From Amphiscolops sp. MND2022 (taxonomy: Eukaryota): a stretch of DNA of 64,000 bases. Below, piece by piece: positions 38,801 through 50,800 of this stretch (within the stretch, counting starts at the first letter, position 1; every line of letters starts with the position of its first letter). The translations under genes were made by a program, and so were the position numbers. Below the pieces are notes generated by a model that did no database searches, had not been told where the DNA came from, and saw only the letters and a program-made list of their open reading frames with translations. The stretch is taken from NCBI GenBank assembly GCA_964187785.1, contig OZ076409.1, forward strand, positions 89,468,001 to 89,532,000. Reading direction: 5' to 3'.

Positions 38801-41800
38801 ATGACCTCGGGAACATCCTAATGTATTTGGATAGCTTCTGTGTTTTAGAATTTTCCACGCTTGTCTTACATGTATTAACATTAGGTATAACTTCGTCGAT
38901 TTACAATTCGCTCCGTAAGCGCTCCGTACGTATTAAGATTAGGTATAGCTTCTTCGCATTACAATTTGCTCCGTAAGCGCTCCGTACGTATTAAGATTAG
39001 GTATAGTTGAGCAGTGCTTGCTTGCGGAGACAGAGCGGACAGCGTTAACAAATTCATTCTTATTCTCTCGCTCAATTGGCGTTGCTATGGTAACTAGGGA
39101 TGGTGAAAGACGACGCTATTGGTCCGTAAAAATAGAAACATCTACCTTTCAATCAAGCTTAGTGACGCTGCCATTACGTTGTAAATATTCTCTTAAGTTG
39201 TTTAACTGCATTCTTAAGTGGATATTCACAACTAATCAATCATTGGAAAACAATTCCACCATTCTCTTTGTATGTTCTTTCATTTTAGATTGTATGCGTT
39301 CCGTTGGGATCACGGAATTAAATATTGTTTTAGTGTTTTCATTTTAGTGTGGAGAAAAAGAAAAATTGATCCCAGTGTTAAGGATGTTTCCTTTTTAATA
39401 TTTAGATTGGCATGGAATTTTCATCAGTCAAAACCGGAAGTGATGAAACGATTGCATGTGAAATCATTAAACCGGAAGTTTTCTTTTTGTCTAAATCATT
39501 TTTGAATAATTTACGTTGCACTTCCGTTAAACTTAATTCGTGCTGCTGTTTGGATAAAAGGTAAGGCATTAAATAGTTTACTTAATGTTGTGTAGCTCTG
39601 CCGTGTCCTTTTCCTCGCGTGAATTGCGGTATTCCTCCACAGCAAGTAAAATCCCGACCGGGAGCGGGTCGTGACACCTCAAAAACGAGAAAACTCCACA
39701 CGAGAAAATTAAACACCCGGAACTCAACGAAAAAAATTCAACACACTTGCATCAAACTTCTCAGTGACTTCTCGGATAACTTATTCATTTCAAAAAATGT
39801 TGTACTGAGAATGCTTGCCTGGGATCCCGTATGCATGACTAGCAATCAATCCGTGTAAGCTGGATGACAAAACCAGTCGACATGAAATAATTTCACGTAC
39901 AAATGTTTCTGCGAACTCGGTAAATTTTTTAGCAGTCGCTGAAATTGGAATGACTTTCACTCCATAAACGTTTTTTCCATTTCCAGCTTTCAATGCATTT
40001 GTAACAAATTTTTGGTCCACATAATGAGGAATTAGGCAAGTTTTGGTTGAACTGGAAGAAGTTCGGTGGAACTGGAATACATTTGAAACCAGCAAACCTG
40101 GGTCTTTAGCTACTAATGGAAACGATGCCACAAGCGCGAGCACGGCCATTTGGGTTTCGGGGCCTCTTACACTGAAGTACTTGTGGTTCACATCTGAGTT
40201 TCGAGAAAGGTGTTCATCAAGTTGTTCAGGCAACGGACACTTTATCAGACCAGAACCCCATGTGAATAAAGATCTGTTCCTGTTGAGGAGATAATAATGC
40301 AATAGAAATTTTCCAACACAAGAAAGCCAAAATTGACCATTTTTCACCGACATGGAAGCTGTGTAACGGCTGCTTGCCCTTATCCTGCGCTGAGGCTTGA
40401 CAAGCTTTACGCCGCCCTGATCCGTTGCTTAGTACTGTGGACCGTTACTAAACAAGTCCTGGTTTTGTTGTTTAAAGGACTGTATCTTTTGACTGGTGGG
40501 TCCGATGTGACCCGTAGGAATCTCCTGCGATCCCGCGTTGCACTGAATTGGATCCGATGTGATCCTGCACACACTTCCCTCACTGTATCTTCACGCGCTC
40601 CGGCTCTCCAACTATGAGAGTAGCTACTTAGTCGCTCTGACTCTAGCGAAAAGTTGTGAAGATTGAGAAGTTTATCAATTAGTCTCTTGGTCCTGAGACC
40701 CAATTTGACTATAGCTATTCAGTGGAGAAAATCTCTATATAATAATGGTATACATATCGTTTACAATTCTACAGTAAATATAGGCAAATATAAGTAAGTA
40801 TAAATACATGACATTTAAAGCATAATATTAAGTTATTGGCTAAGTAAACAAACTACGTGGTTGTTTTGGCATGTTGGATAGGTGGGCTAGAAAGTATGTT
40901 TACCTAATGTAAATATCATCAATTTCAACAGAGTTAAATTTCCTTCAAGGTCATGAGGTAAAATCACATAATATTTGTCTATCAAAATCGGGATTTCATG
41001 GCGTCCGACTTGACCTAGGTCACTTTGGGTGTTAACTGCTCAGAACCCAGGGGAGATACGGGGTTGAGTGTTCCGAACGAAACGTTAGAGTAGTATCACC
41101 ACTATCTCTGTGTCACGTTTCGATGTGAGTGAATGCGTGGTTCATCGGGACGGGGGTGGTGTTTTATTACATGCCTCCCTTTTTGGCATAACTTGTTAAT
41201 TTTCAACTGGAATCTTGATAAAGTTTCTAAGTGTTTTGAGTTATAGGTTTCATCAGTCACGTTCAAAATTCAGTTTCTTGTTTTGCAATTGACTGGCACC
41301 GACATCTCCGACTTGTTTTTCTCCCGAAAAACACTTTCATAAATCCGGGGTGCCAGACTCACTACTGGTCTTTTGAGTATGCCGTCAATTGTTGTAGTCT
41401 TTATGAGAACTTCTGTTTCATAGTCATGTTTGTCAATAGTTTGCTGTGTTCTTTCCCTGCTGCAATGAAGTCCCAGCCCATATTCCGGTTCGTTGACCAT
41501 AAGGTTGTTTTCCACATGCGCACATACCACAACAAAATTTTTCCAAAAACTGTTTTCTCATTTGAAGTCATAGTTTTCTCAATTATCACAAACTCCATCA
41601 TCAATGTCCAACATTCATTGAATTTAATCAATTGCTTTTTTTGGAACCTTCGAACGGCATGGTACAAGAATGCCTCTGTTCATTTAGGTCGACTTCCATA
41701 ATAACTTCAACTTCGAAAGAGTAGATTTCCAGGTAGGTCAAGAATATCTCTAGCCAGTTCCCCGAGATTTGCTTTGCTACACAGTTCGTTATCAAAAATG

Positions 41801-44800
41801 ACTGACTGCGGGGGAGATATGTCAAAACGTGTTCGTTCTCAGATCTTTCCATAACCCTGTTTTTGGATCTCTTCTTCTTGCAAGGTCATTGAATCATCCA
41901 TCATTATCATCAGTAGACAAACAGAATTTTCAACTTTACGGCGACTGAAGATTTTACTCTTTTTTCCAGTGTCATCTGAAAATTCAATTGAAAAAGGTTT
42001 GCGTTTTGAACTCAATTGCTGCGCTACATTTTGCTCTCTGCTTTCCTACACATCGTTTTCCGAATATGCTACATACGAATTTTCTCCCAGTAACAGCAAT
42101 GCTGTGGAGTTTCCCTTTCGCTTCTGTTTGTAGAGCGTCACCGAGCTTCTTTTACCACAAAACTCCAACTTCTTAGCATCTGGGTTTCTTCCAGGCTCCG
42201 AATTATCATCAGAGACTTCCAATTTCCAAAAACCCATAACGAGTCCACCTTGTCTTGAACGGTGCAGCCGGTCCATTGCAAGACCCGTTGCTCCAACTTG
42301 CTGTTGTTGGTACTTTCAAACAACACATTTGCGTTCCTGTCACTGATGATGTTCCTCTGCACTCATGTAGCCAAACTGTCAAACTGTATCATTTTGTATT
42401 CCATTCTCGTTCACCTGAGTTCCTTCCTCCATTTCCTGTATCAGGTTCCAGGTAGTTTCAATCTTCCAAATTCTTTTCTTCTGTGGCTCGCGGTGGCCTT
42501 TGCTCAATTGAGTTTCATCAATGCCGTTAGCCTGTGCCACGCCGTCCTTTCCAGAGTTTCTATTACCAATCCAAAGAATCCTTAAATTACTATTACTCGG
42601 GGTAGTTTCTTCAACAAGGCTTACTTTGAAGTCAAGATCAGTTTTCTTTCCAAAGGTTGCAATCATGGTTTGTGTATCACATTTGGCATTGCCTTTCACA
42701 GGTTTGCCATCTTTCATTGCAACGTGGCATTGCTTTTGATACATGAATCCTTCAATCCAATCGTCTTGCAGTGCAAATTGCTGCTCATGCACAAATCCAT
42801 AACTTTTAAGAAATTCGAAACATTTGCTTCCTTCTTCAAAGAGAAGGGTGTTGTCATAAAGCATCGTCACTTCGAATAGTTACCCATGTTGTACGTCCTG
42901 TTGTACGGTGATAACGTCTGCACTCTTTTGCAATAGTTTCAATTGCACACTCGATTCTTGGGAAGATTGTTTGCCTAATGCGAATGTTGAGCTTCTATGC
43001 TCTTTCCTTGTTTCCGTCATCGTGTAATTCAAGTTCTCCTCTGTTTGCAATATCGAATGATCACTCATGACCAAGTGAATCCCTTCTTCGAAAATCTGTT
43101 TGGTATCCATGAGGAGGGTTTCTGAACGGAAGCCTTGCCGACAATTGTCTACAACGAAGGTTTCTGACCAGTTCTGTATGCCATTCCGCTGTGAGGAAAT
43201 TCGAGGTTCCTTTGTTTGCAACTTTCACGTCTGGTTGTGATGTTGCTCCTTGTCTCTATGCTCCGTTTTCAGCTTTTGTTCTGTCTTTCCGATCAACTTG
43301 CTCATCGGCTTCTGTGAGAGGTTTCGAGTCACTCGTAGGCGGGGAGAACTTTCCTTCGTGAACTAGTTTCACTGCATTCTCTGATTTCGAATGTACTGAT
43401 ACTGCAATATTGGACGTAGTCCCGTTCTCGGCTGTTTCGGTCTTGTCTATCCATCATAAATCTTTCGTCAGGTTGTCGTCTGGTGACCCGACCGGAGAAA
43501 TATTTCGCAAGCTAGACCCACAACTATTCGATACTTTCGCTCTTTGTCTTTCTATTTCAGCTATTCTAGTTTTCCGGGCAAGCGCTTTTTGAAAAGCAGC
43601 TTGTTCATTTTCCTTAGTTTTGCGTTTAAGTTTCTCTATTCGCGTTTGCAGTTCTTCTTGCTCTTTCAGAGCTTTTACTTTCAAATTAGTCTAGCACTTG
43701 AAGTTTTCGAAATCACTGAGCTTTTATTGCTTCTGATTTCAACTAGTTGTGAACGTTTGCACAGTTCCTCTATTTGTAATGATCCCAGCTGGCTTCTTTG
43801 GTCTTGAATTTCATCCGATTTCTTATCTTCCGCTTTCTCTGATGCTAGAAAAACCAGTCGAATTCCATTAGACTCCTTCGAGCGAACAGTTGTTCTGTTG
43901 TCCATCTGGATTGTTTTGTCAGACACCTTACCGTTTTCTTCGAGTAGTGATTTCACATCGTTGACAGCGTTTCCCACTTCAAACATGCTGTGTCCCATAC
44001 CACAGCGAGGTTCTCGGTCATTGGTCCTTCTTGACCGCGTCAGTGATTCCTTTTGACTAGCCGTGGTCTTTATACAACTTTGTTTTTCTTGGGATACACG
44101 TCTTTGCTTCAACTTTTTCGTGCGGGGGTAACTCATAGCTGCGTCTGCAGATGTTCCATTTGCCATCTGGCTCAGTTTTAACTCCATTGTCCCGTCAATT
44201 GGACACTTTAACATTTGCTTCGCATCGGGGAACGAGTAACCCCAACTCGATTCCAATTTCGCAAAGCACTCTTTCCATTCAGTCACACTTCGACTGAGCT
44301 GTATTTGCGTTTCTTCATTCGTAAGACGCAACATAAAGTCTTCACAAAACAACAACGCTTGTCTTTTGTCGCGGTATTCAATTACCCAATCAATCAAATT
44401 GCTTTTGGGTACCACAGCTTCTTTCTCATCGAGCTTGTCATCCAAGTTTTTTAACAACGTATGGAACTTTTCCACATGTAGGCGTACAGGATTCCAATAG
44501 AGGCTCCACGCGTACCAATCTGACGCATTTTCCAAATCGTTTGGTCTGAGTTCCATCAGTTGTTGGCTCTGCTTTGTGTTTCTTTCTTCAAACACAATTG
44601 TCATTCGAGGATGCTACATCACGTGCCTTTCTTTCTTTCAGGCATTCATTTGTTACTGTTTTGTTTCACTGAGGGCTTTCGAACTTCACAATGGTTCTTG
44701 TCGACTTTGTTACTAATCCCCAATTCTGCAACTTCTCAGGTGCAAAGAGTCAACTGCTCAATCCATCGCTCGGTAATCCATCGCCATATCGGTAATCCAT

Positions 44801-47800
44801 CGCTCGGTAATCCACTCGGTAATCCATCGCCATATCTTGGAGAATCAACTCAGTTTTGTCGATTTTACTTGCCTTCTTAGACGAACTTGATTGTCTCTGT
44901 GAATCTTGTCCTTCTGACTTGATCCCTTTTTTTACTTGGTGGATATACTTGCAATGATCAGTCTTAGAACAGATCTTTGCTTTAATCAGGAAACGTTCCA
45001 AAGAATACAAATTGTAACAAAACTTGAATTGATACAAAAATATCTCCAGAGTGTCGCTAAAGCCCAGACACCCAGAGTCACAATATCCCAAACTCCCAGA
45101 GTCTCAGTAGCCCAATCTCCCAGAGACACAGTAGACCAAGCTCCCAGAGACACAGTAGCCCAATCTCCCAGAGACACAGTAGCCCAATCTCCCAGAGACA
45201 AAGTAGCCCAAACTCCCAGAGTACTCAAATGCTCAAACTCCCAGAGTCGCAATAGCCCAACTCCAGATCACTATGGCACAATCGCCCAGACACGGTGGCA
45301 CAATCGCCAAGAGGCACAGTGGCACAATCGCCAGAAACACAGTAGCACAATCGCCCAGATATACAATAGCACAATCGCCCAGAGACACACTAGCCCAAGC
45401 TCTCAGATATAGACACTTGCTCTTCTTGGGCATTCTTCATCAGCTGTCCACCAACGAGTGGTCTTCGTCATTGTCTTCTTCTTCTGTCCGGGTTGTCTAC
45501 CAACGAGCTGTCCGGGTCGTCCACCAACGAGTCGTCCGGGTCGGCGGACCAACGACACGTCCGGGTCGGAGGACCAAATGTAACGGCTGCTTGCCCTTAT
45601 CCTGCGCTGAGGCTTGACAAGCTTTACGCCCCCCTGATCCGTTGCTTAGTACTGTGGACCGTTACTAAACAAATCCTGGTTTTGTTGTTTAAAGCACTGT
45701 ATCTTTTGACTGGTGGGTCCGATGGGACCCGTAGGAATCTCCTGCGATTCCGCTCTGTACTGAATTGGATCTGATGTGATCCTGCACAGACTTCCCTCAC
45801 TGTATCTTCACGCGCTCCGGCTCTCCAACTATGAGAGTAGCTATTTAGTCGCTCTGACTCTAGCGAAAAGTTTTGAAGATTGAGATGTTTATCAATTAGT
45901 CTCTTGGTCCTGAGACCCAATTTGACTATAGCTATTCAGTGGAGAAAATGTCTATATAATAATGGTATACATATCGTTTACAATTCTACAGTAAATATAA
46001 GCAAATATATGTAAGTATAAATACATGACATTTAAAGCATAATATTAGGTTATTGGCTAAGTAAACAAACTACGTGGTGGTTTTGGCATGTTGGATAGGT
46101 GGGCTAGAAAGTATGTTTACCTAATGTAAATATCATCAATTTTACAGAGTTAAATTTCCTTCAAGGTCATGAGGTAAAACCGCATAATATTTGTCTTTCA
46201 AAATCGGGTTTTCACGGCGTCCGACCTGACCTAGGTCAATTTGGGTGTTAATTGCTCAGAACCCAGGGGAGATACGGGGTTGAGTGTTCCGAACGAAAAG
46301 TTAGTGTAGCACCACCACTATATGTGTGCCAAGTTTTGAGGTGATTGAATGCGTGGTTCATCGGGACAGGGGGTGGTGTTTTATTACATGCCTCCCTTTT
46401 GGCATAACATGTACATTCCCAACTGAAATCTTGATAAAGTTTCTAAGTATTTTGAGTTATAAGTTTCATCAGTCACGTTCAAAATTCAGTTTCTCGTTTT
46501 GCAATTGACTGGCGGCGACAAGCTGAATAGTTTGTGCTGAACTTCAAGCACTCAATCAGGGGAAGAGTTTTCGAAGTGAATGGGAATTAATAAATAAATC
46601 CCATAAATCACGGTTCATCAAAATCATCGTCACGATATAAAAGAGCTTGTGCAAATACTGCGGGTACTTGACGACCAAACGCAATGATACTCTCCTTGTA
46701 ATCCCTTAACTATCTTATGTCGTCTTGTCTTCGTCATTTTTAATCAGTCACCTAGTTTTTCATCACTACCTCAAAACACCTTGTAAGATGACTTCTCACA
46801 TTTTCATATGCTTCCCAACAAACAATATCGTCTCAATTTGATCAAGCATCAAGAATAAATGCGCTTTGAAAGTATCCGCAGGTGATATTAGCTGCTCTTG
46901 TTGGAACTGCTTAAACTCTTTACATGATCTTGTAGGTTACCAAGCTAATTTTGTATGATTTTATAAAATTATCAGAGAAACGTCCATGCACTAAAACTTC
47001 ACAGAATCAATTTATTTTCATCAAGCTGCCTATAAGATGCATCCTAAACTTGGACGCAATTCCCAGTGGCGAAGTTTTGCAGGTTTCGTTAAGACGCCGT
47101 TCTAATTTTGAAAGCAGCTGAAACCTTCATCAATTATACCGCGCTTTAAAGGCAAATGAACTTCAATGACATTGTAAGTTTCAAAGTAGCGTCTTATTCA
47201 GGGTGCTATTTGACTAACGGTGATTACATAGGTACTTATTTGAGAAACTTACGCGTGAAAACAAGTGATCGTGGCGGTGAAAAAGTGGAGATGTTTTCAT
47301 TCAAATAGTGGAGGCGGTGACTTCTCACAGCTCCGAATGTTCATCGTTCCGGAAACAAAATCGAGTTTCATGACTCCGAAAATAAATTGTAATTATCTGA
47401 GTAAATAATAAATGGCAGCCTCTAAGTGCTAATTTGGTGTCGAGACACAAATCCGTACGAAAAACAATAAACTTTCTCGTCCAATAAGATTCCAGAAATC
47501 CCAGCGTCGTCGTTCAAACGTTGTTTTCCTCACTAAACTAAATTCTACGCAATCCGATTGGCTGATGGGGTCGAACCGGAACGAAGTCCGTTCAAAGATG
47601 GAAAAATAAATTTTTCAATTTTCCCCTTGTCAGTTATATTCACTCACTCCGTGTCATGCAGTGTGCATGATTGAAATCATCACTGACAAGCGACACTACC
47701 ACCTACACAACGTCACTAAACTGAAACTACGAATGAATACAATGAAATACACGGAATTGAAGAAGTGATGTTGTCACACACACAACATCACATTACCAAA

Positions 47801-50800
47801 AAGGAGAATGAACGAATTGAAATGCAAGAAGTCGAAGATGACCCACTTAACCACAACCCATCAAAATATAAACACAAACCTTTTACATGTACTTCCAGTG
47901 GATCATGTGGATTATTACCAACAAAGTAAATCAGTTAACCAACGCTGCCATACTACCTACATTCATGATGCAATTACGTGAATTGATCTTTTTTCCCTTT
48001 TGCAATAATTGAATAGTACCATGCTCAATACCAAGGTCGTCATAATGAGTATATTCATGAAATACTAAAAAGTATTGATGGTTTCGATCACAACATTAAG
48101 TATGTACAATTACTCAGTTCATGATAGACAGTCCATATTAGTCAGTTAATCATGTAACGATAATAACACAGCATCATCATACCCCTGTGTTAAGTTCAAT
48201 TAAACCATTTTTTATACCCATACGTATTATTTAGTGATTAATGCACTCGTACCATCATCGCACTCGTACCATCATCGCACTCGTACCATTTGACGCAAAT
48301 TGTGCTACCAGATACAGGGTGCTAATTAACGCCAACGCAACAACGTTACATGATTGACAGATTCTGTCAGGTGACCAGCATTGGGTTATTCAGTAGCAGG
48401 TGATATCGCGCACTCATTAAATTTTGCTCCCTTATAACGTAAACTACCTACATCAGTGAAATCTCACCATTTTCATACCGCAATTTCACTTCAACTTAAA
48501 CCTTCACAATATTCAATTCAACTTGAAACTTATCTTTCAACTTTATGGTATTGACTAGTGTAAGAACCACAGCTCTCAAATCGTCTACGGACCATGAGTC
48601 CTTTTTCGCAATCTTTATTTTAGGCCCAGATGCATTTTTCTTGTTTTCCTGAATATTAGGGGACATACTGGCCTCAGTGTCCCTGTGTCCTGTAAAAGAC
48701 ATTGAATTGGCAATTTTTTGGATCTGTGGAATAACCCTTTCAGCTATTGCAGTAGTGATAGCTCTGCTTATTTGGCTATGCATCATTGACATCATTGAGT
48801 CCATTTCTTGGGACAATCTAAGATTAAACTCATTTGAGAAAGCCTCATGGGACTGCCTAACTTCATTCTGCCTCAAAGAATCATTTTCATGTGCAAAGAA
48901 TTCATATTCATCCCTGTGTTACATGTTTGTATCAGTGTCCTTGTGGGCCGAAGACTGATCTATAGCATCAGCTAATTCCCTTTCTATGGGATTATTATTC
49001 TCATTTCTCAACATTACGTCTAGATTATTGAAATCGGACAGCAGGTCCATCTCTCTAGATTTTTTAGCTTTGGCCTTTTGTCTTCTTGTGGAAGGCATAA
49101 GAGATAATTGCAGGTGGTAGGAATTTAAATTAACTCTATGTACTTGCAAAGGTGAACAAAACGTTGTAACAGTGTGTTGGTACTATCTGTTGTAACAACA
49201 ATTCTCAAAAGTGGTCCCCGGGGCTACGTGTCCCGGCAAAATAAACTTAAATTTACATGACACTCAACAATTCAATGGCCACGTTCTAAAAATAGCCTTA
49301 ACGGCTTTCTAAATATAGTTACTGCTAAAAATAGTAACTGTGACATCATCATGATGTAATCTACTTCCAAGGGTTTCCCCATCGGTTAGCGTGGCGGGAA
49401 GCCCGTGAGTCCATAAAGGCAAGCAACAGTATACATGTACAAAACAAAACAGGGTACATGTATTTCAAAATTTAGCAACTTGTTTATAGGACCCAGTATT
49501 ACATCACTTGTAAGTCTTTCTGGAACTAACTATGCATTTCGTAAATGATTAAAGGCTTCTTCAGTTATGTAAGTAATAGCACTTGTTAGTTAGCGCCTTT
49601 AATTTTATTGTGGACTCAGTGTCCAATTGACATAAGCGTACTAACGCTTTGTTGACAGGCGGCATATGGCCGTCTAGTCCTTTGATTAAAGCATTCAGAA
49701 TAGCAACGAATGAAAGCACTGGTATTAAATACTGCGCTCTGATTGGTCAGCCGCTTGTTCGGACTTGCGGTCCAAGGCGAGAGGCAAGGAAACATTTGAA
49801 CACGTTTTCTTTACCTGTACGCCTTGGTGTCCAATTTACTAATATCGTAAATTCAGCGCCAGTAAACAAATTTAATTGTGCGATTACGTAATCTGAGAAC
49901 GCATCGTAAAATGATATTTTATATTAAAAATATAAGAGTTGCGTGACTTTTAAAATGATGAAAACAGTTTTCTACTTGGAAGTTTTAGTTTAAAGGGATC
50001 GTATTCGGTTGCGCCTTCTGGTAGTCGTTACAAATGGAGTATAAATTTCCGTCAGAGGCGGAGGCCTGGGACAACTAGGTCACAAACTTCCAGAGAAAAT
50101 TTAACTCGAATCGACAGATATGGATTACCTTAGTGACAACGAAAGTGAAGCTAGTTTCCCAGAATGTAATTCACGCGGTGCCTCTAACAACGTTGAAAGA
50201 GCTACTTGTTAGACCTTGAGAGAGACCATGACAGAATCGGAAATGAGATTTATAAAAATGAATAACCAGATTAGGGAGGTAACTCCGATAGTTAAAGCTC
50301 TGGCGACCCAAATTACTTCCACTAATCAGAACAATGAGCTAAATACCCCTCCGAACAAGGAAGAGAACGCACAAGATGTTGTTAACCGCGACACATTGTG
50401 TTATTCTGACACTCTTAGTGCCCTAAATGAAGGAGCGAAGCGAAGCGGAGCGACGTGCCTTAGGGCGATGCCTCATCGTTGCTACTTGGCGAATAGTGCG
50501 AAGCGACCGAGCCATTCAACAAATATGATAAGTATTTTTTTCGGATTTGTGCAACCCAAATTTATCTTCGGACTTGTGCAACCGAACTTTATTTTCGAAC
50601 TTGTGCCACCCAAATTTATTTTCGGACTTGTGAATAGCCGCTGCTAATTTAAGAAATCACTGTGGGAACTAAGGGCATTGACAGTTTGGGGGGCGATGCA
50701 CAACAAACAACTTGTCAATCTTCAGTCAACTTGCGCGGATTTCACGTTTGAAAATAATACGTGGGAAATATGGGAGCTATGACACTAGATTTTGAATTCG

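Larger units (their letters stand above)
24026..39676 (-). mobile_element. Young full-length Ty3/Gypsy LTR retrotransposon (15.65 kb) with accessory genes, in intron 4 of the host gene
   Basis: Two 2115-bp LTRs (TGTTACGAC...GTCGTGACA) and a 5-bp TSD CCTCA at 24021-24025 and 39677-39681. PBS present; gag then PR-RT-RH-IN order. Confidence 0.97.
40362..46520 (-). mobile_element. BEL/Pao LTR retrotransposon, non-autonomous and degenerate, in intron 3 of the host gene
   Basis: LTRs 40362-41304 and 45579-46520 (TG...CA), TSD AGCTG at 40357-40361 and 46521-46525. tRNA-Tyr-type PBS TGGTCCTCCGACCCGGA. BEL-type integrase tail TIDGILKRPVVSLAP. Frameshifted ORFs with no RT motif seen. Confidence 0.9.

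Noticed and set aside
39790..40353. Bacterial contamination or a stand-alone bacterial exoV gene
   Set aside because: The domain is split over three spliceosomal exons and interleaved with TSD-flanked eukaryotic retroelements.
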